Positions 26,573-36,221 of a DNA stretch of 64,000 bases are shown here, piece by piece. This stretch comes from an uncultured Pseudohongiella sp. (GTDB taxonomy: Bacteria; Pseudomonadota; Gammaproteobacteria; Pseudomonadales; Pseudohongiellaceae), in the NCBI GenBank assembly GCA_964352295.1, contig CAYGRR010000004.1, forward strand, positions 17 through 64,016, in the 5' to 3' direction. Positions within the stretch are counted from its first letter, which is position 1; each line of letters starts with the position of its first letter. The notes under the pieces are model-generated. The model had not been told where the DNA came from, made no database searches, and was given only the letters and a program-made list of their open reading frames with translations. The position numbers and the translations under genes are program-made.

Positions 26573-28741
26573 ATGCCGCGTAAGCTAGAGAAGAAGATGT
26601 CTGAACAGGTCGGGAATATAGCTCGGAAATCCGATGCTGCCAGTGCTGCCGACGCCAGTATCACCTTGCCCGTGCATGAGGATATAAACCTCGACAGTGC
26701 CGCCTATTTCGAGAATCGCGAACTGAGCCATTTTAAGTTCAATCTGCGCGTGCTCAGCCAGGCTAGAAACACCAAGCACCCGCTGCTAGAACGCCTCATG
26801 TTCCTCCTCATCTTCAGCTCCAACCTAGATGAATTCTTCGAGATCAGGGTTTCCGGCCTGAAAAAGCAATTGGATTTCGGCCGGCAACGCCCAGGACCAG
26901 ATGGCCAATATCCAGAGCAAGTCCTAAAGGCTATCCATCTCCAGACTAAGGAAGGCCTCGCCGAGCAATACAGGATTCTCAACGAGGAGTTATTGCCCTC
27001 CCTCGCCGAAAAGAACATCCACTTTCTGCCGCGCCATGGCTGGAACGACGAACTGAAGAAGTGGACTAGAGAGTATTTCGATGAGGAGGTTCAGCCAGTC
27101 GTTAGCCCGCTGGGCTTGGACCCGGCTCACCCCTTCCCTAGGCTCGTCAACAAAAGCCTGAATTTCATTCTATCGCTGGATGGAAAAGACGCCTTCGGCC
27201 GTGAGAGCGGGCTCGCCATTGTTCCTGCGCCTCGCTCCCTCCCGCGGCTTATCAAGGTGCCCTCGGAAATTGCGCCCAAGGGGGACAATTTCATCTTCCT
27301 CTCTTCGATTATCCATGCCTATGTAGATGAACTCTTCCCGGGCATGAGCGTCATGGAGTGTCACCAGTTCCGGGTGACACGCAACTCCGATCTGGAAATG
27401 AGTAATGTGGAGGTTGAAGACTATGCGATGGCGCTGCAGGGGCAACTGCATAGCCGACGTTTTGGTGCGGCGACCAAACTCGAGGTGAGCATCGGCTGCC
27501 CGGCTGAGCTTACCGATTTCCTCTTGGAGCGATTCAACCTCACTAATGCGGAGTTGTTTCAGCTAGACGGCCCCGTGAATCTGCAACGCCTAATGGCACT
27601 TTTCGGAATGATTGGCCGCGCCGACCTGCGCTACCCTTTGTTCTCTCCGGGCACACCGAAATTGTTAGAAGAAGATGCGTGCATCTTCACCGCAGTGGAT
27701 AAGGAAGATCAACTACTGCTGCATCCTTTCCAATCTTTTATTCCCATCATCGATTGGGTGCGCCAGGCTGCTAAAGACCCTACGGTGTTATCCATCAAGC
27801 AAACCCTCTATCGCACCAACGAATCATCAGAACTCGTGCAGGCGCTCGCTGAGGCGGCAAGAAGCGGCAAGGAAGTGACCGTTGTTATCGAGTTACGCGC
27901 TCGCTTCGATGAAGAAGAGAATATTAATTTCGCCAGCACTCTGCAGGAGGCAGGCGCGGTAGTCGTCTATGGCGTCATGGGATTCAAAACTCACGCGAAG
28001 ATGCTGCTGATCGTCCGCCGGATAGGCAACACTCTCAAGCGCTATGCCCACATGGGTACAGGTAACTACCACCGCAAGAATTCTCTTCTCTACACCGATT
28101 ACAGCCTGCTAACTTCGGATGAAGTGCTATGCGCCGACGTACACAAGGTGTTCCAACAGATCACGGGAATGGGCAAGAAGATTCACCCTAACCTGCTTAT
28201 ACATGCGCCTTTCAATCTGAGAAAATCACTACTCAAGATGATCGATAACGAGGCCAGCGCCGCTAAGGCAGGCGAGACGGCGCGCATCGTCGCCAAGATG
28301 AATTCGATAACCGATGCCGAAATCATCAAGGCACTCTATAGGGCTTCTATGGCCGGCGTGAAGATTGACTTGATAGTGAGAGGCATCTGCTGTCTTCGGC
28401 CGGGCATCCCCGGGGTAAGCGAGAACATTCGCGTCGTATCGATCATCGGTCGCTTCCTCGAACACTCACGTGTCTACTATTTCTTGAATTCTGACCCGCA
28501 GGTCTACTGTTCTAGCGCCGACTGGATGGAACGCAACCTGAATAATCGCATCGAAGTCTGCTTCCCTATCCTGAAGAAGAAACATAGCACTAGGATTAAG
28601 GCGGAGTTAGAGATGTATCTCGAAGATAGAGGCCAAAGCTGGGAGCTTCATGCAGATGGCGAGTACCGTTCGCTGGCACCGGTAGGAGAGGATGAAACTC
28701 TCGAAGACGTACAAAAACTGCTGCTAAAACAACTGGCCTAG
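26573..28741 (+). CDS. ppk: Polyphosphate kinase 1
   Basis: 722 aa with full-length PPK1 pattern (FENRELSHFKFNLRVL; PLD-like HxK region FKTHAKMLLI). Start could be M9 (26597). Confidence 0.95.
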   Translation: MPRKLEKKMSEQVGNIARKSDAASAADASITLPVHEDINLDSAAYFENRELSHFKFNLRVLSQARNTKHPLLERLMFLLIFSSNLDEFFEIRVSGLKKQLDFGRQRPGPDGQYPEQVLKAIHLQTKEGLAEQYRILNEELLPSLAEKNIHFLPRHGWNDELKKWTREYFDEEVQPVVSPLGLDPAHPFPRLVNKSLNFILSLDGKDAFGRESGLAIVPAPRSLPRLIKVPSEIAPKGDNFIFLSSIIHAYVDELFPGMSVMECHQFRVTRNSDLEMSNVEVEDYAMALQGQLHSRRFGAATKLEVSIGCPAELTDFLLERFNLTNAELFQLDGPVNLQRLMALFGMIGRADLRYPLFSPGTPKLLEEDACIFTAVDKEDQLLLHPFQSFIPIIDWVRQAAKDPTVLSIKQTLYRTNESSELVQALAEAARSGKEVTVVIELRARFDEEENINFASTLQEAGAVVVYGVMGFKTHAKMLLIVRRIGNTLKRYAHMGTGNYHRKNSLLYTDYSLLTSDEVLCADVHKVFQQITGMGKKIHPNLLIHAPFNLRKSLLKMIDNEASAAKAGETARIVAKMNSITDAEIIKALYRASMAGVKIDLIVRGICCLRPGIPGVSENIRVVSIIGRFLEHSRVYYFLNSDPQVYCSSADWMERNLNNRIEVCFPILKKKHSTRIKAELEMYLEDRGQSWELHADGEYRSLAPVGEDETLEDVQKLLLKQLA

Positions 28742-28746
28742 GACGG

Positions 28747-29718
28747 TTAGCTGCCTTCACCATCCGTCAATGTGACATCCGGCAGCTCACTATTCCGCGT
28801 TACCGCCAGAGTCTTCTTATTGTTCGCCATAAAGTCCAACATGCCTTCCCGAAGCGCCGTCGCGCTGAAATTTATACACTCGACTGAATAAGTCCTCATC
28901 AGACCCGTTAACACAGCCAAGCCCGGCAGTAAGAGATCTCTGCGACGCTCCTTCAGCCCTGGCAATTCATCTTCTTGAGCAATTGCGGCGATAATCTGTG
29001 GTGTTAGTGCGTGCAGCGCATCGAGCCTGATTTCACCATCTCCGCAACCATGAGACTGGCAGATAGCGGCGAGCATCTTCATGGTACCAGAAGACGCATA
29101 CGCCTCCTCCCAACCAGCCTCGCTTACCGCTGGCTCAATAGCGGCAAAGATTGACATTGCCTCCGACGTCGCGGCTTCCAACTGCCGCTCAAGAACCTGA
29201 TTGTCTGTAGTCGCTGCCGAGAAGAATCTGTCCCGCCAAGCGACGCTGCCTATCGCCATACTTTCTGTGAGCAGGCGATTATGCCCATTGCCTATGATGA
29301 TCTCGGTGCTCCCGCCTCCGATATCTATAACCAGTCGATGTTTATCAGAAACCGGCAGAGATGTAATTACGCCTGCGTAAATCAGCGAGGCTTCTTGCTC
29401 GCCACTGATCGGCGAAATCGTAATCCCAATTTCCTCCGCGGCTAGAATAAATTCGTCAACGTTGTCCGTGACTCGAAAGGTGTTGGTTCCCAGGGCCCAA
29501 TACTGTTCTATCGGGTATTGATCCATTAAGGTCTTGAAATGCTTTAGGCAATCGATGCCGCGCTGGAAGGCTTCCGGTGAAATGCGCCCAGTGGTGTTCA
29601 CATCTTCCCCCAGCTGAACGGAGTCACTGCTGCGCTCTATGATCTCTATCTTCCCGTCGACCCATTCACCAATCAGGATGTGAAAGCTGTTAGAACCTAA
29701 ATCGATGCATGCATACAT
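28747..29718 (-). CDS. ppx: Ppx/GppA family phosphatase, short form
   Basis: 323 aa. N-terminus MYACIDLGSNSFHILI and DIGGGSTE are ASKHA-fold motifs. It lacks the roughly 190-aa C-terminal domains of E. coli Ppx. Confidence 0.85.
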   Translation of the reverse strand: MYACIDLGSNSFHILIGEWVDGKIEIIERSSDSVQLGEDVNTTGRISPEAFQRGIDCLKHFKTLMDQYPIEQYWALGTNTFRVTDNVDEFILAAEEIGITISPISGEQEASLIYAGVITSLPVSDKHRLVIDIGGGSTEIIIGNGHNRLLTESMAIGSVAWRDRFFSAATTDNQVLERQLEAATSEAMSIFAAIEPAVSEAGWEEAYASSGTMKMLAAICQSHGCGDGEIRLDALHALTPQIIAAIAQEDELPGLKERRRDLLLPGLAVLTGLMRTYSVECINFSATALREGMLDFMANNKKTLAVTRNSELPDVTLTDGEGS

Positions 29719-29879
29719 AGCGGTACTACTGTGGAATAAGTGTGAAATTGCGAGGAGGAACTGCGATCAGAGACCATTCTACTCCTACGGAAGCAGAATA
29801 GCCTCATCAGCGATTTGCCTAGCCTTAGATTTTATATCGTCGGATGTGACAGGAGCCTGAACGCTGCCTGGGAGCAGCG

Positions 29880-30344
29880 TTAGATCATGGACTGCTGATA
29901 GTTCTCGATACCCACCTTCTCGATCAAGCTGAGCTGAGCCTCTAGGAAGTCGATATGCTCTTCTTCACTACTGAGAATCTCACACAGTAGATCACGACTC
30001 ACGAAATCACTGACAGACTCACAGTAAGCGATGCCAGCCTTGAGGTCTGGACAGGCGATTAGCTCTAATTTGAGATCGCACTCCAGCATTTCCTTGGTGT
30101 TTTCACCAATCATCAATTTGCCAAGATTCTGCACATTGGGAAGGCCTTCCAAGAAGAGAATGCGCTGCATAAGCTTATCCGCATGCTTCATCTCGTCGAT
30201 CGATTCCTCGTGTTCTTTGTCAGCGAGTTTTTCCAATCCCCAATCCTTGAACATGCGCGAGTGAAGAAAATACTGATTGATAGCAATGAGTTCATTGGCA
30301 AGCGCCTTGTTGAGATGTTTGATTACGGTGGCGTCTGACTTCAT
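29880..30344 (-). CDS. bfr: Bacterioferritin
   Basis: [36 protein letters not shown], which includes the heme-ligand Met region. Start moved to the ATG at 30344 (154 aa). Confidence 0.95.
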   Translation of the reverse strand: MKSDATVIKHLNKALANELIAINQYFLHSRMFKDWGLEKLADKEHEESIDEMKHADKLMQRILFLEGLPNVQNLGKLMIGENTKEMLECDLKLELIACPDLKAGIAYCESVSDFVSRDLLCEILSSEEEHIDFLEAQLSLIEKVGIENYQQSMI

Positions 30345-30590
30345 AGATGGGTTCCTAGCGAGTGAATTTGAATGACTGGATTGGATTCGCGCAAGCTTCG
30401 CTTTTTGACTAGAAAATGTCAAGAATTTATGTCGTAAGTCATTGATATAAATGATTAAACTAAATGATAAGCAATCCCATTCCCATCTATTGGAAGCGCG
30501 CTAAAAAGTGCGCCTCTAACGAGGTGGTAGAAGCTCGAAAATACGCGAGGTAAATATCTAGAAGTCGCTGCGCTAACCTGGCTGGGGGGG

Positions 30591-30779
30591 CTAGGCTGCG
30601 TTCGTGAAGGAGGCGGTCTTGTGGAATTCTTTGACGATAGTCTGCGCGAGTTTGCCGCATTTGCCGCATTCGCTAGCGACGCCGAGTTTTGCCCGTAGAT
30701 CAGTCAAATTATTCGCACCACCACGACACAGGTCGCGGATCTGGTTATCGGTAATCTGTCTGCAAATACACACGTACAT
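30591..30779 (-). CDS. bfd: Bacterioferritin-associated ferredoxin
   Basis: 62 aa with MYVCICRQITDNQI ... CGKCG, the four-Cys BFD [2Fe-2S] pattern. GAGGA SD. Confidence 0.9.
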   Translation of the reverse strand: MYVCICRQITDNQIRDLCRGGANNLTDLRAKLGVASECGKCGKLAQTIVKEFHKTASFTNAA

Positions 30780-30811
30780 GGCTTGTCCTCAGCGTGGGGA
30801 GTACTTTAAAT

Positions 30812-30830
30812 GATAATGAGAATGATTGTC
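30812..30830. promoter_or_regulatory. Fur box in the bfd / feoA divergent region
   Basis: GATAATGAGAATGATTGTC matches the 19-bp Fur consensus GATAATGATAATCATTATC at 16/19 positions. Confidence 0.7.
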
Positions 30831-30920
30831 AACAACATTCATATCTGCTACTTTAACACCCTGAGACAATCACCCCATCGACTGCGCAAGCTGTTGATTT
30901 TTAAAGGTTAGACGTGAGTC

Positions 30921-31157
30921 ATGCTAGAAACAACCCTCTCTACAGCCAAGAGCGGCGATCGCTGCGTTGTGCTGGATATCGCGTCTGAGCCAGCAGAACT
31001 CAAGAGCCGCCTCTATTCTCTAGGCATAATTCCAGGCTCGGTTCTGGAATTACTGCGCTTCGCGCCCCTCGGCGATCCTATGCAGGTGAAGGTCGGCGGC
31101 AGCTTCATCAGTATTCGTAAATCCGAGGCCGCTATCATCACTGTGGACATTCAATAG
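30921..31157 (+). CDS. feoA: Ferrous iron transport protein A
   Basis: 78-aa SH3-like FeoA (LGIIPGSVLELLRFAPLGDPMQVKV), directly upstream of feoB. Confidence 0.9.
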   Translation: MLETTLSTAKSGDRCVVLDIASEPAELKSRLYSLGIIPGSVLELLRFAPLGDPMQVKVGGSFISIRKSEAAIITVDIQ

Positions 31158-31160
31158 CAC

Positions 31161-33287
31161 ATGCAGAAAATCGCTCTCATCGGCAATCCGAATTGCGGAA
31201 AGACCACACTCTTCAATATTCTCACCGGCGCAAATCAGAAAGTTGGGAATTGGCCCGGGGTTACTGTCGAGAAGAAATTCGGCTATTTCAGTCTCGGGAA
31301 CGAATCCGTGGAACTGGTCGACTTACCCGGTATCTATTCACTCGAGCAGGACTACAGCGGCATCGATGAGAAGATTGCCCAAGACTATTTGGAACAGAGC
31401 GACATCGGCCTGATTATAAATATAGTCGATGCGACAAATCTCGAAAGAAGCCTCGTGCTTACACAGCAATTGATGGAGCGAGATGTTCCCATGTTGCTTG
31501 TTATGAACATGCTAGACGTCGCAAAGCAACAAGGCATCACCGTCAGCGCGAGAAAACTTGCGGATAAACTCCAGCTGCCAGTCATCGAGATGATCGCGTC
31601 TCAGAAGAAAGGCGTTGAGGAGTTGCGGATCGAACTAGCTAACAAGGTTAAGAGCGCTGTACACATTAAGGAAAAGAAATCGCCACAGCCTACTGAAACT
31701 AAGGTCACCACAGAAGATAGAATTCTGCAGCGCTACCACCAATCCCGACAACTCACAAACGGTGTGGTTGAAGTCTCGCCAACTCACCACAGCCTCTCCG
31801 AGCGGATTGATGCAGTGGTAATCAGCAAGTGGCTAGGCATACCTTTCTTCCTCTTTATGATCTACATGATTTTCACCATAGCTGTTAACCTCGGCGCCGT
31901 ATTCATAGACTTTTTCGATATATTATTTGCCGCTGTGCTCGTCGAGGGAACGACTTGGCTGCTGCGAGAAGTTTCCACTCCAGAAGTAATAATCACCCTC
32001 CTCGCTCAAGGCGTGGGCGGCGGCATCACTCTCGTCGCTACGTTCATTCCTGTGATTGGATTTCTGTATCTCTGTCTGTCTGTGCTGGAAGACTCTGGCT
32101 ACATGTCCCGAGCAGCCTTCGTGATAGATAGAGCGATGGGCGGCATCGGGCTGCCTGGCAACGCATTCGTCCCACTTATAGTTGGCTTCGGCTGCAACGT
32201 ACCCGCGGTCATGGCGGCGCGCAGCCTAGGAAGAGATAGCGACAGACTAATGACTATAGCCATGGCGCCCTTCATGAGTTGCGGTGCGAGGCTAACCGTC
32301 TATGCGCTCTTCGCCGCGGCATTCTTTCAAGAGAGCGGCCAGAATATCGTGTTCGGCCTATACCTGCTTGGCATTGTCCTCGCGATATTCACTGGCTGGA
32401 TCTTCCGCAAGCAACTCTTCACCAACGAGATAACGCCATCGTTTCAGGAAATGCCCGCCTACCATGTGCCTATCGCTCGCAATATAGTGCTAACGACCTG
32501 GTTTCGCTTAAAATCGTTCGTCTTCCGGGCGGGCAAGACTATAGTCGTCGTTGTGATAGCGCTTAGCTTTCTCAACTCCATCAGTACCGACTTCTCCTTC
32601 GGAAATGAAGACTCCGAAGACTCGATACTCAGTGTCATTGGCAAGTCAATCACGCCGGCATTCGCACCGCTAGGCATCGAAGAAGACAACTGGCCCGCTA
32701 CTGTAGGTCTATTTACCGGCATGTTTGCGAAGGAAGCCATAGTAGGCACACTTGACGCTCTCTATAGTGAGTCTAACGACGACAACGATGGCTCGCCGCC
32801 CGACCTCATAGGTGCCGCGGCTGAAGCATTGGCTTCTATAGGAACCGAGCTACGCTCATTGGGCTCCTCACTGACTGATCCCCTGGGCATATCGATTGGC
32901 GACGTTAGCGACCTAGATGCCGTTGCCGATGAGCAAGAGATCGAAACGACAACCCTCAGCAATATGGCGGCCCTGTTTTCAGGCCCGTTTGCTGCATTCT
33001 GCTACCTCGTCTTCGTTCTCTTGTACGCGCCCTGTGTTGCTGTGCTGGGCGCGATAAACAAGGAGGCCGGCTGGCACTGGACATTGCTGGTATTTGGCTG
33101 GTGTACAGGGCTTGCCTACATAACCGCGACGGTGATTTACCAGATTGGCACTTTCTCCGTAAACCCCCTATTCTCCTCGATATGGATAGCGAGCATGCTT
33201 ACCATCTTGACCGTCTTCATTCTTAATCTGAAGAAACTCTCGAGCAAGATGGTGCCGAAAAACCTCATCCCGGCTGTCCAGATTTAG
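31161..33287 (+). CDS. feoB: Ferrous iron transporter FeoB
   Basis: N-terminal G-domain (GNPNCGKTTLFN, DLPG) followed by a polytopic membrane domain. 708 aa. Confidence 0.95.
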   Translation: MQKIALIGNPNCGKTTLFNILTGANQKVGNWPGVTVEKKFGYFSLGNESVELVDLPGIYSLEQDYSGIDEKIAQDYLEQSDIGLIINIVDATNLERSLVLTQQLMERDVPMLLVMNMLDVAKQQGITVSARKLADKLQLPVIEMIASQKKGVEELRIELANKVKSAVHIKEKKSPQPTETKVTTEDRILQRYHQSRQLTNGVVEVSPTHHSLSERIDAVVISKWLGIPFFLFMIYMIFTIAVNLGAVFIDFFDILFAAVLVEGTTWLLREVSTPEVIITLLAQGVGGGITLVATFIPVIGFLYLCLSVLEDSGYMSRAAFVIDRAMGGIGLPGNAFVPLIVGFGCNVPAVMAARSLGRDSDRLMTIAMAPFMSCGARLTVYALFAAAFFQESGQNIVFGLYLLGIVLAIFTGWIFRKQLFTNEITPSFQEMPAYHVPIARNIVLTTWFRLKSFVFRAGKTIVVVVIALSFLNSISTDFSFGNEDSEDSILSVIGKSITPAFAPLGIEEDNWPATVGLFTGMFAKEAIVGTLDALYSESNDDNDGSPPDLIGAAAEALASIGTELRSLGSSLTDPLGISIGDVSDLDAVADEQEIETTTLSNMAALFSGPFAAFCYLVFVLLYAPCVAVLGAINKEAGWHWTLLVFGWCTGLAYITATVIYQIGTFSVNPLFSSIWIASMLTILTVFILNLKKLSSKMVPKNLIPAVQI

Positions 33288-33300
33288 CAGGAGAAGGCAT

Positions 33301-35232
33301 TTGCAGGACTCAGCGCAGCAGGGCAACCGCGTCCCTGTCTCAACGTTTCTCGTGGGCGGCATAGCTCTTCTGCTACTGAGCAAGATACTGTTGGCGAGCG
33401 TGCTCGACTTGTACAGCGACGAAGTCTTCTACTGGCAGGCATCCGCGAACCCCGCTATCGCCTACAGCGACCTTCCCTTCATGACCGCGTTGCTTATCGG
33501 CCTAGGATCTTCTCTCGACTCCTACAACACACTTGCCGCGCGTAGCTTGTTCATCTTGATGGGAAGCACCCTGCCGTTGCTTGTGTATTGGATAGCAAGG
33601 CCAATAACGAACAGCAAGCACGCCATAGAATCAGCAGCCCTAAGCCTATGCCTGCCCCTGGCTGGCTTCCTCGGCTTGCTAGCTGTGCCGGACGTTCCTC
33701 TGGTGTTCTTCGGCCTATGCGCTATCGGTTTCTTCGAGAGGGCATTGCGCACCAATCGTCTCTCGTATTGGACGCTGACTGGAATAGTCGTGGCGCTGGG
33801 GCTATGTACCCACTACCGCTTCTTCCTCTACCCTGCAGGGGCAATACTCTTTCTCGCAGCCTTCAAGGACGAACACCGTCAATTGAAGAACCCTCGCCTC
33901 TGGTTAAGCATTGCAGTTTCCAGTGTAGGCCTGATTCCAATCCTCTGGTTCAATCTGAGCAATGAACTTAGCAGCGCGAGCTTCTACTTTGTCGATAGGC
34001 ACCCCTGGGAATTTCAAGCATCAGGCCTGCTCCATGTCTTCAAGCAGGCGGGACTGGTAACGCCACCGCTTTACGCCATCTTCATCTACACGATCTATCT
34101 AATGATTCAGATGGCTCGCAGAGGCGAGCGCAGCGCCGCCCTATTGCTCAGCTTCGCCTTAGTCAATGTCTTGGTCTATCTGTTGCTTGCTCCCTGGACC
34201 GATGCAACGAGCACCTCCATTCACTGGCCACTGTCTGGCTATTTCCCTCTACTCATCTATGCGCCGTATGCCCTGCGCCGGGTATCAAACCTGCTCGCTG
34301 CGCGGATTACACCCTTGGCAGCCCACAGGCTCGCTCTCGCCATCCCCTTCATTGGTTTCCTCGGCACCCTCACAGCAGTGTTCGGCGTTGGCTCCCAAGC
34401 CTTTCAGTTACAGCTTCAGGCCCTTGTGGGCAAAGGTGTGCTGTCGAATAAGATGGCGGGATGGACACAGTTCAGCGATCATGCCAACGGCCTTCTGCGA
34501 GCTGATTTTTCTGGCTCGCCGCTCGTGCTAACAGACAACTATTACACCCTCGCCCAGGTCGAATTTGCAGGTCTGGCAAATAGCGGATTCACATTAGATG
34601 AGGAGAAGGCGGTACGAGATGGTCGCATAACTCAATACCGCCTCTGGCAGAAAGATAGAATCGGCTTAGAACGAGTTTCGGCAGATGAATACTTGTTCAT
34701 TGCCGAAGACAGCACCTTGGATACGGCGACAAAACACGACCTACTCAGCAATCTTTGCGCCAGGACTGCGCAGCTAACGCAGCTTGAAACACTTAATCTT
34801 TTTAATGGCGACAAACGATTTAGTTTCTATCGCGGCACCGCCCTGCGTGGCGTTGACGATCTCGATCAACTGCAAGCTTCACCCTGCCCACTACCGCCCA
34901 TTGCCTGGATCGATTCACCCATAGACGGCGCAAAGCTTAGCGGCATAGTTCCAGTGAACGGCTGGGCATTCAACGAAGATATCGGTATAGACAGCATCAC
35001 GCTTCTCATCGATGGAAACGCCATCGCTCCGGTGGAGTACGGAGCAAGCCGCCCCGACGTCGTCGAAGTCATGCAAGTAGAGAGTGACCCCAATCGGCCC
35101 AACATAGGTTACAACTACAGTTTCGATAGCGCGCAATTAGAAAACGGACTGCATCGATTAGAACTAGAGATAGTGAATAGGCTGGGGGTTGTTGAGCACT
35201 ACGGCGAAAGAACCATCGAAACTAGGAACTAG
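33301..35232 (+). CDS. Glycosyltransferase family 39 (ArnT/PMT-like) membrane protein with C-terminal beta-sandwich-like domain
   Basis: 643 aa. First-loop motif YSDEVFYW, about 11 TM segments, and a soluble C-terminal region of about 190 aa. TTG start with an AGGAG SD 7 nt upstream. Lies 13 nt after the feoB stop. Confidence 0.7.
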   Translation: MQDSAQQGNRVPVSTFLVGGIALLLLSKILLASVLDLYSDEVFYWQASANPAIAYSDLPFMTALLIGLGSSLDSYNTLAARSLFILMGSTLPLLVYWIARPITNSKHAIESAALSLCLPLAGFLGLLAVPDVPLVFFGLCAIGFFERALRTNRLSYWTLTGIVVALGLCTHYRFFLYPAGAILFLAAFKDEHRQLKNPRLWLSIAVSSVGLIPILWFNLSNELSSASFYFVDRHPWEFQASGLLHVFKQAGLVTPPLYAIFIYTIYLMIQMARRGERSAALLLSFALVNVLVYLLLAPWTDATSTSIHWPLSGYFPLLIYAPYALRRVSNLLAARITPLAAHRLALAIPFIGFLGTLTAVFGVGSQAFQLQLQALVGKGVLSNKMAGWTQFSDHANGLLRADFSGSPLVLTDNYYTLAQVEFAGLANSGFTLDEEKAVRDGRITQYRLWQKDRIGLERVSADEYLFIAEDSTLDTATKHDLLSNLCARTAQLTQLETLNLFNGDKRFSFYRGTALRGVDDLDQLQASPCPLPPIAWIDSPIDGAKLSGIVPVNGWAFNEDIGIDSITLLIDGNAIAPVEYGASRPDVVEVMQVESDPNRPNIGYNYSFDSAQLENGLHRLELEIVNRLGVVEHYGERTIETRN

Positions 35233-35240
35233 GAACTAGG
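35220..35240. repeat. Three perfect tandem heptamers (AACTAGG)x3
   Basis: Read directly from the sequence. The palindromic CTAG core at 7-nt period puts TAG in all three frames of both strands, at a convergent gene junction. Confidence 0.9.
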
Positions 35241-35243
35241 AGT

Positions 35244-36221
35244 CTAATAGGGGCTCAGCACTTCCACCGCAATTTTCCATTCGTTACTCGCGGTAAAGCG
35301 CCACCATCGCATATAGCTGGTTCGAAAACTCTGCTGAGAATCATCCTCTAGCGTTTCCATCGTGCCGAAGGTATAGCCCACTTCTTTGGATGCGGAGAGG
35401 AAGCCTCCGACGTGGGTGAGGCTGATCTGGTTCGTAGTTGATAACTGATTGTCCAAGAACGCCCCATAGACCGAGCTGGCTGCATCCGCGCCCACAGCGG
35501 GTGCCATGCCCGGCAGGTAGACTCTCGTATTCTCCAATCCATAGCGAAGCAGAGCGCGCTGACCGCCGCGAAAGTTTATTGCTTGACCAAACAGATTGTC
35601 GCGATCGATAAGCAGCTGCATATTGTTGCTCTCCGCCATCGCCATTACGGGATGAGCCGTTTCCTCGAGCACTGGTCTGGTGTCATCGAAATTCGGCTCG
35701 ACTTCCAGGCTCAGGAACCCAGGGAGAGCGGCTACGATATCCGCCATCAATACCCAGCGATTCTCCTGTTTCTGCCAGATTGAAACAAGATGCCCAAACT
35801 GCCCGGCCGCCCCGTCTGCCAATATTGTGAGAGGTCCGGCGGTAAGGCCCAAATCTCCTGCTCGAGAGACGTCAACATAATGAGCCTCCCAGCTAATTTC
35901 ATTGGCACTATTTTGGAAATTCTCGGAACCGTACAAACTCAAGGCATCTACCGGGCCTTCTCGGAAGACGGTTGATCCCTGACCGAGGAATTCGAGAAAC
36001 GCCCCGGTTCTGCCAATTTCGGCTGAGCGATCCGCAAAACTCTGATCGGCTGCCATCAGTTCTAACCAATGCTGATATTGTCCAACTTCCGCATCTCGCA
36101 CCGGATTCTGCGGCTGCGCCACGGCTGTGAACGAATCCACGCTAAGCAAGAGCAGCAATACTAGCTGGCAAGACCAGCCACTAAGCCTTGTTGCTGAGTC
36201 ATTTTCTTTGAATCTTCGCAT
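35244..36221 (-). CDS. Secreted protein with two tandem NTF2-like (DUF4440/SnoaL-like) halves
   Basis: Signal peptide present. Each half ends in a W.KQ.N.W / W.F..SNEWKI motif typical of NTF2-like folds. No functional call. Confidence 0.45.
   Translation of the reverse strand: MRRFKENDSATRLSGWSCQLVLLLLLSVDSFTAVAQPQNPVRDAEVGQYQHWLELMAADQSFADRSAEIGRTGAFLEFLGQGSTVFREGPVDALSLYGSENFQNSANEISWEAHYVDVSRAGDLGLTAGPLTILADGAAGQFGHLVSIWQKQENRWVLMADIVAALPGFLSLEVEPNFDDTRPVLEETAHPVMAMAESNNMQLLIDRDNLFGQAINFRGGQRALLRYGLENTRVYLPGMAPAVGADAASSVYGAFLDNQLSTTNQISLTHVGGFLSASKEVGYTFGTMETLEDDSQQSFRTSYMRWWRFTASNEWKIAVEVLSPY

Noticed and set aside
30441-30480. Possible second Fur box upstream of bfr.
   Set aside because: Only loose AATGAT/ATCATT hexamer similarity, with no convincing 19-bp match. 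It is mentioned in a finding but not annotated as a site.
30487-30669. 60-aa minus-strand ORF overlapping the 3' end of bfd.
   Set aside because: It overlaps bfd in another frame and extends into the spacer. It is Arg-rich and has no SD.
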